Shown piece by piece: positions 59,253-64,000 of a stretch of DNA of 64,000 bases. Source of the DNA: Candidatus Amesbacteria bacterium GW2011_GWB1_47_19 (GTDB lineage: Bacteria > Patescibacteriota > Microgenomatia > CAZETR01 > Amesbacteraceae); the NCBI GenBank assembly GCA_001002325.1, contig LCNZ01000004.1, positions 3,818-67,817 of the forward strand, in the 5' to 3' direction. Position 1 is the stretch's first letter; each line of letters opens with the position of its first letter. The position numbers and the translations under genes were made by a program. The notes under the pieces were generated by a model, which worked only from the letters and a program-made list of their open reading frames with translations, was not told the origin of the DNA and ran no database searches.

Positions 59253-60380
59253 CTACTTAAAATATTTTTTGTTACTTAGCTTCTCCGGCAGCAATGATTC
59301 CCGGGTATATTTCTGATAACCCTTACCATATCCCAATTCCCCCATCAATTTGGTCACCGGATTTCTGATTTTCAGCGGTATCGGCAGATTACCGAATTCC
59401 TTGATGTCTTTCAGGGCTGCCATATAAGCGTCATACGCCCGTCTGTCCTTTTTCGCCTGAGCCAGATACACAGTTCCGGCCGCCAGATTTTCCTGACATT
59501 CGGGTAACCCCACGGTCTCACACGCCCTGAAAACGGCATCCGCTACCACCAACGCAGTCGGAGATGCCACATCCTCGCTGGCAAACACCACCATCCTCCT
59601 GGCAATAAACAACGGGTCCTCTCCGGCGTCAACCAGCCTAGCCAGATAATAAAGCGCGGCATCTGTATCGGAGGCTCTCATGGATTTGATAAATGCGGAA
59701 ATGGTGTTGTAGTGTTCCTCTCCCAGCTTGTCATACCTCAAATGTCTGGACTGCAGTGCCCGGTTTACTTTCTCCTTCGTAACATCTCCATACAGCTGAC
59801 AGGTTGCTTCAATCAAGTTGATAAACTGTCTGGCATCTCCGTTTGCCAAATCGGCTACATATTTCAACACGTCATCTGAAATCTTCATTCCCGAATCCTG
59901 GATCTTTTTCCCGATTATCAGCAAATCATCGGCTCTCATTTCTTTCAAAATGAACACCCGGCATCGGGATAAAAGCGGTGCTATCACCTCAAAACTGGGA
60001 TTTTCCGTCGTCGCCCCCACCAGAATAATCGTTCCGTCCTCCACATATGGCAGTAAATAATCCTGCTGGGCTTTATTAAACCGATGGATCTCATCCAGAA
60101 AAAGCACAACTGATTTTTTGGAATTTATGATTTTCCTAATATCTTCTTTCCCCGCAGCCACTGCCGACAGATTTACAAACTCCGCTTCCAGACCGGATGC
60201 ATAAATTCTTGCCAGTGTCGTCTTTCCGCACCCCGGCGGTCCCCACAAAATGAACGAAAATTTATGTTTCTTCTCAATTGCCGTCCTCAGTGGCGCTCCG
60301 GGTCCTGTCAGGTGCTCCTGACCTACAAATTCATCCAGTAATTTCGGTCTCAACTTTTCCGCCAGCGGCACATCTTTCAT
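59253..60380 (-). CDS. rarA: Replication-associated recombination protein A (AAA+)
   Basis: ILWGPPGCGKTTLARIYA Walker A. VLFLDEIHRFNKAQQD (box B/sensor). MgsA C-terminal domain. Confidence 0.85.
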   Translation of the reverse strand: MKDVPLAEKLRPKLLDEFVGQEHLTGPGAPLRTAIEKKHKFSFILWGPPGCGKTTLARIYASGLEAEFVNLSAVAAGKEDIRKIINSKKSVVLFLDEIHRFNKAQQDYLLPYVEDGTIILVGATTENPSFEVIAPLLSRCRVFILKEMRADDLLIIGKKIQDSGMKISDDVLKYVADLANGDARQFINLIEATCQLYGDVTKEKVNRALQSRHLRYDKLGEEHYNTISAFIKSMRASDTDAALYYLARLVDAGEDPLFIARRMVVFASEDVASPTALVVADAVFRACETVGLPECQENLAAGTVYLAQAKKDRRAYDAYMAALKDIKEFGNLPIPLKIRNPVTKLMGELGYGKGYQKYTRESLLPEKLSNKKYFK

Positions 60381-60417
60381 TTACATCTTATGTACGATCG
60401 TACAAACGGGGTAACTT

Positions 60418-60621
60418 TTACCCCACTATTTTATAACCGTTCTTTTGAATTGCCTGTATAACAATATCTTCAGAAATAATCTTCGGGTCATAATCAACTT
60501 CAACATTTTGTTTCACCCAATTGCACTTCGCATCCGCTCCGATATCTTCCAACTCCCCCTCTATCAACATTGCACAGCTGGTACAATGTAATCCGGATAA
60601 TTTATAAGTTTTTTTAATCAT
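60418..60621 (-). CDS. copZ: Heavy-metal-associated (HMA) domain metallochaperone, CopZ-like
   Basis: YKLSGLHCTSCAMLIE (GxxCxxC-type site). Confidence 0.8.
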   Translation of the reverse strand: MIKKTYKLSGLHCTSCAMLIEGELEDIGADAKCNWVKQNVEVDYDPKIISEDIVIQAIQKNGYKIVG

Positions 60622-60635
60622 AAATTTATATTTGA

Positions 60636-61658
60636 TCAGTTAATGACAGTCAACTGACCGGTATACATCCCCATCCCGCAGGAAAATGCCAGTCCGCCGG
60701 TCCCCGAAGGTATATCCACATCAAAGCTTTTACTTTCTCCCGGCGGCACCACCTGGGATATTCCTAATTTGGGAAACTCGAATGCCTGGATACATCCGTA
60801 GCCTTCTTTATTGACCAGATTCAACTTTATCTGGCTTCCGGCTCTGACCACCGGATTATCCACCAGATACTTATTTCTGGCAAAAGTTATTGTCACCTGG
60901 TCGGCTGCCGCAACCGCATCCCCCGCCACTGTATCCCGACACAAACTGATAGCACATTCAGCTTGTTTTAATATTTTTTGGGCACTTACAGGACTCCCGG
61001 CCAATACCAAAGCGGAATTAAAACTGAATATTGCCATTCCTGCCACCAACCAGGCAGCTGCCTTGCGGAACTTTTCTTTAAACATCTCACCCAGTTTTTC
61101 CATCACCAGCCCCAATCCCGCAAACATCGGGCTGGTACCCAGCACAAATACCGCCATCACCACCGCCCCACCCCAGGGATTTCCGGTGGCCATTGCCAGA
61201 GCCATCATAGCCTGCGTTGTCCCGCAGGGAATAAATACCGTCATCAATCCCAATGTTACCGGTCCGAACATCGCCGCTGTCTTCGATTTAAACTTGGACC
61301 TAGACTGATTTCTGATCATCCGTGTCAGAAACCTGGGGGTTTGGATCACAAACCGCCTGAAAAAAGGGTGTACGTCCAACAGTGCCAATCCCACCCCCAG
61401 CATGTATAACGCCACAGCTCCCTGAAACACAGCTTTCATTATTCCCGTCAATTGAAAAGCCGCCCCCAATATCCCCAGCAAGAAACCCAATAGTGTATAT
61501 ATAACTAATTTTCCCGCCAGAAAACCCGCTGTAGCCGCAAACTTGCTCCGATTCTCGCTCTGGGTAATAGCTGTAGCCAACAGCCCCCCCTGCACCGCCA
61601 TACATGTCACCCCGCCGGCAACTAGACCCGTGGTAAAAACCAGCCACAAATTAGGCAT
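60636..61658 (-). CDS. Polytopic membrane protein (DsbD/CcdA-like Cys-in-TM pair?) with C-terminal cupredoxin-like domain
   Basis: TM Cys at GGVTCMAV and FIPCGTT. C-terminal beta domain ending GGLAFSCGMGMYTGQLTVIN (Cys/Met-rich, cupredoxin-like). Adjacent to the CopZ-like gene. Confidence 0.4.
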   Translation of the reverse strand: MPNLWLVFTTGLVAGGVTCMAVQGGLLATAITQSENRSKFAATAGFLAGKLVIYTLLGFLLGILGAAFQLTGIMKAVFQGAVALYMLGVGLALLDVHPFFRRFVIQTPRFLTRMIRNQSRSKFKSKTAAMFGPVTLGLMTVFIPCGTTQAMMALAMATGNPWGGAVVMAVFVLGTSPMFAGLGLVMEKLGEMFKEKFRKAAAWLVAGMAIFSFNSALVLAGSPVSAQKILKQAECAISLCRDTVAGDAVAAADQVTITFARNKYLVDNPVVRAGSQIKLNLVNKEGYGCIQAFEFPKLGISQVVPPGESKSFDVDIPSGTGGLAFSCGMGMYTGQLTVIN

Positions 61659-61676
61659 CGCGAATATTATACTACT

Positions 61677-64000
61677 TCAGGGTACCACCAATTCCTGCAC
61701 CATCTTCCGCCTCAATCCTACCAGATTCATAGTAACCGTCAGATCCGGCCGGAAATTAAAGTACTCAGCCGGGTAATCTCCCGCCGCATTTCGCTGAAGG
61801 TCGACTCCGCCAATCCCTATCACTGTTCCGTCGACCCGTAACTGCCGGTCCACGCCGGCTCCTCCGATAGTCCCCGTATCAAACATCCCCTGGGCAAAGA
61901 ATATACCTTCCAGGTGCGGCGTGCTGTAAACCAAAGGCGAAATATCCCTGTAAACTGTCTCGCCCACCGACGAATTAACGACAATATTTCCGCTGGCAAA
62001 TATTGCCAAAAACCCGGATCCGTTAGTCAGATTCAGATTGCCGTTCAGGTAAACATTCCCGTCAACCAGGATAATTACCTTCCGGCTACCAATATCGATA
62101 TTTCCCGACAAATTCAGATCTCCCGTCCGCTTCATCACCCCTACCAGAACAACCGGTCCGCCCGGACCGGGTGTGGGTGTCGCGGTCGGAGGTATCGGAG
62201 TGGAAGTAGCCGCGGGAACCGGAGTATTCGTCGCCGTAGGCGCCGGGGTATTAGTCGGAGCAGCCGTGGGAAATTGAATCACAAACCAGTAAACTTTCCA
62301 TGCTACCGATGTTGCTCCCCTGGTAATTTGCAGGTTTGTAGAAGAAGTTAATGCAAATCTCCAGCTGTTAGTACCAATATTACCGGTTTGGGTTGCCAGA
62401 TCGTCTTCAAATGCACCATGATTAATCCAGCCCGCCGATGCAGGTAATACCCTGTTATTTGCATAATCAACCGCCGAAATAGTCTGGGCAATAGTTGCTG
62501 TCCCGTTAGCAATTGAAGCTTCCCCCTTTTGTACAGTAGTTCCCGATGGAAACTGTACCAGATACCAGGTGACATTTTCCAGGCGGCAAGTGGATATACA
62601 GAATCTTTTAATGGCCAAGTGGGTTGAATCTGTAATTTGACCAGCAATCAACTCACCGGCTTTGATATTTCCGGAATTGGCATAGTCTTGCGACAACATC
62701 AGCCATGTCCGCGTCGTGTCTATAGCGGTTCCCAAAGTCACAGTCTTTATTAAATCTGAAGTGGATGTTGTAAATGCCACATCACCCGTATACACGGTCG
62801 CATCATTTACTTCCACAACTTGCCAATCCACAAAAATATTGGCACTGGCTATTGTTGAGTACAATTGAAGATTTGTGCTGCTGGTAATTTTCGCCTTTAC
62901 GGCATCTTTTCCTTGATAGGCGGCAACCATAGCGGTATCCCTAACAGAAATTATGGGAAATGCCTTGGAGGTATTTATGGCAGTAGGCAGCGTGACATTC
63001 ATTGTTGTCGAGGTCATATTTACCTCCGATGTTGCTCTTTGAACTGTCACACCTGAAGTAAATTCCGTCACATACCAGGTAATTGTTAAATCTTCACCGG
63101 CTGCGCAAACACCCCCTTTGGTAAATTGGATCGTGGTCGTATTAACTATCTTCGCTGTTACTTCACCACAACTGGGATAAATACTGGAAAAGCTCGATCC
63201 AAAGGTGATAAATGCTTTATTTATATCTAAAAGCGGTGTGGCCAGTGTCCGTGTTTGCGGTGTGATGCCTGTCGCATAAGATATTGTAAACGTTCCTGAC
63301 TGCACCATTCTCACCGCCAATCCTCCACCCCCTGGTACAGGGGTGGGTGTGGACGTCGGAACCGGAGTATTTGTGGGAGTCGGGGAACTTGTCGGTACCG
63401 GTGTATTGGTCGGCGCCGCACCACCTGCCGGGAACTGAATAACCCACCAAGACACAGCCACTGCCGCTGATCCGGTTATCCCCCTGGTCAATTGCAGATT
63501 AGTAGCCGAGGTTATGTCCATTTTTACACTTCCCACACCCGGATTGTCATCTGACGTATACGCCACGCTCCCCATATGGTTCTGCCATCCTGAAGCCGCC
63601 GCCATAACTCTTTTGTTCGTCAAATCAACCGATGAAATCGTTACCGGGGCAGTTGTCAGTGTCGACCCTATGGTCGCTGTTCCCTTCTGTACTGAAGTTC
63701 CAGCTGGGAACTGAATCACATAATAAGTAATATCCGCCACTACTCCGCTGGCTGCTCGGGAAAACGTCAGTTGTGTACTGGTCATTTCCCCACGGATTAA
63801 TTTTTGTCCGATATCAGCCGTTGTGCCGAAATCAGACGTATAAGAAAAAAGCAGCCAGGACCGGGTAGTATCAATATTTGATATTGCCGCTGTCTTGGTC
63901 AAATCGCCTGCCGCGAAAGATACCGGGGCACTATTGCTCTGCACATTTGCATCGGTCATCTGCACCACCTGCCATTCCACCGTAGCATCTCCGGCTGCGG
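61677..64000 (-). CDS. Large secreted/surface repeat protein with Pro/Thr-rich linkers; N-terminus lies beyond the window
   Basis: Internal repeats of about 180 aa (WQVVQMTDANV.../DWQVVEVNDATV...; VIQFPAGTSVQKGTATIGS.../LVQFPSGTTVQKGEASIANG...). PTNTPVPTSSPTPTNTPVPTSTPTP and PTNTPAPTATNTPVPAATSTPIPPTATPTP linkers. The frame is open to the window end; the track Met is a GTG. Confidence 0.5.
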   Translation of the reverse strand, partial: AAGDATVEWQVVQMTDANVQSNSAPVSFAAGDLTKTAAISNIDTTRSWLLFSYTSDFGTTADIGQKLIRGEMTSTQLTFSRAASGVVADITYYVIQFPAGTSVQKGTATIGSTLTTAPVTISSVDLTNKRVMAAASGWQNHMGSVAYTSDDNPGVGSVKMDITSATNLQLTRGITGSAAVAVSWWVIQFPAGGAAPTNTPVPTSSPTPTNTPVPTSTPTPVPGGGGLAVRMVQSGTFTISYATGITPQTRTLATPLLDINKAFITFGSSFSSIYPSCGEVTAKIVNTTTIQFTKGGVCAAGEDLTITWYVTEFTSGVTVQRATSEVNMTSTTMNVTLPTAINTSKAFPIISVRDTAMVAAYQGKDAVKAKITSSTNLQLYSTIASANIFVDWQVVEVNDATVYTGDVAFTTSTSDLIKTVTLGTAIDTTRTWLMLSQDYANSGNIKAGELIAGQITDSTHLAIKRFCISTCRLENVTWYLVQFPSGTTVQKGEASIANGTATIAQTISAVDYANNRVLPASAGWINHGAFEDDLATQTGNIGTNSWRFALTSSTNLQITRGATSVAWKVYWFVIQFPTAAPTNTPAPTATNTPVPAATSTPIPPTATPTPGPGGPVVLVGVMKRTGDLNLSGNIDIGSRKVIILVDGNVYLNGNLNLTNGSGFLAIFASGNIVVNSSVGETVYRDISPLVYSTPHLEGIFFAQGMFDTGTIGGAGVDRQLRVDGTVIGIGGVDLQRNAAGDYPAEYFNFRPDLTVTMNLVGLRRKMVQELVVP

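Overview
This is a gene-dense, mostly backbone bacterial region of about 50% GC. Short proteins, frequent 4-nt gene overlaps, type IV pilus genes, Ddl-like ligases and missing Shine-Dalgarno sequences fit a Patescibacteria/CPR-like genome. That assignment is inference only.

The window has two halves. Positions 1 to about 15,300 are plus-strand housekeeping: a delta'-like clamp-loader subunit, gyrB, an H+-pyrophosphatase, gyrA, GreA, and SIMPL. A run of minus-strand genes fills 47,591 to 64,000. It holds a PAS histidine kinase, three stand-alone CheY-like receivers, and a complete type IV pilus operon (pilB, pilC, major pilin, four minor pilins, PilM-like). One of the minor pilins is fused to a roughly 8-blade beta-propeller. 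The middle of the window holds xerC, yebC, kef, rluA, dksA, efp, a tRNA-Leu(CAA), dnaB, hisS, prfA, rpmE, htrA, ctpA, the rpsF-ssb-rpsR cluster and ychF.

Three stretches look non-housekeeping:
1. An AT-rich block of about 3.2 kb and about 30% GC at 42,270-45,460. It carries a SagB-type (TOMM-class) dehydrogenase next to a YcaO-domain gene that lacks its N-terminal half. It abuts a PAS histidine-kinase gene that is frameshifted in an A6 run and truncated just after its H-box.
2. A compact module at 15,284-19,094. Two tandem Ddl-like ATP-grasp ligases are 4-nt-coupled to a divergent pyruvoyl (SpeH/AdoMetDC-family) decarboxylase with a non-canonical self-cleavage site. A cytoplasmic C39-like cysteine peptidase faces them, and a divergent RHH-Nudix regulator sits upstream.
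3. The pilus locus, with its propeller-pilin and phosphorelay context.

Many plus-strand genes have a TATAAT box 6-9 nt before the ATG and no SD, which suggests leaderless mRNAs. No CRISPR array, rRNA or clear mobile element was seen.
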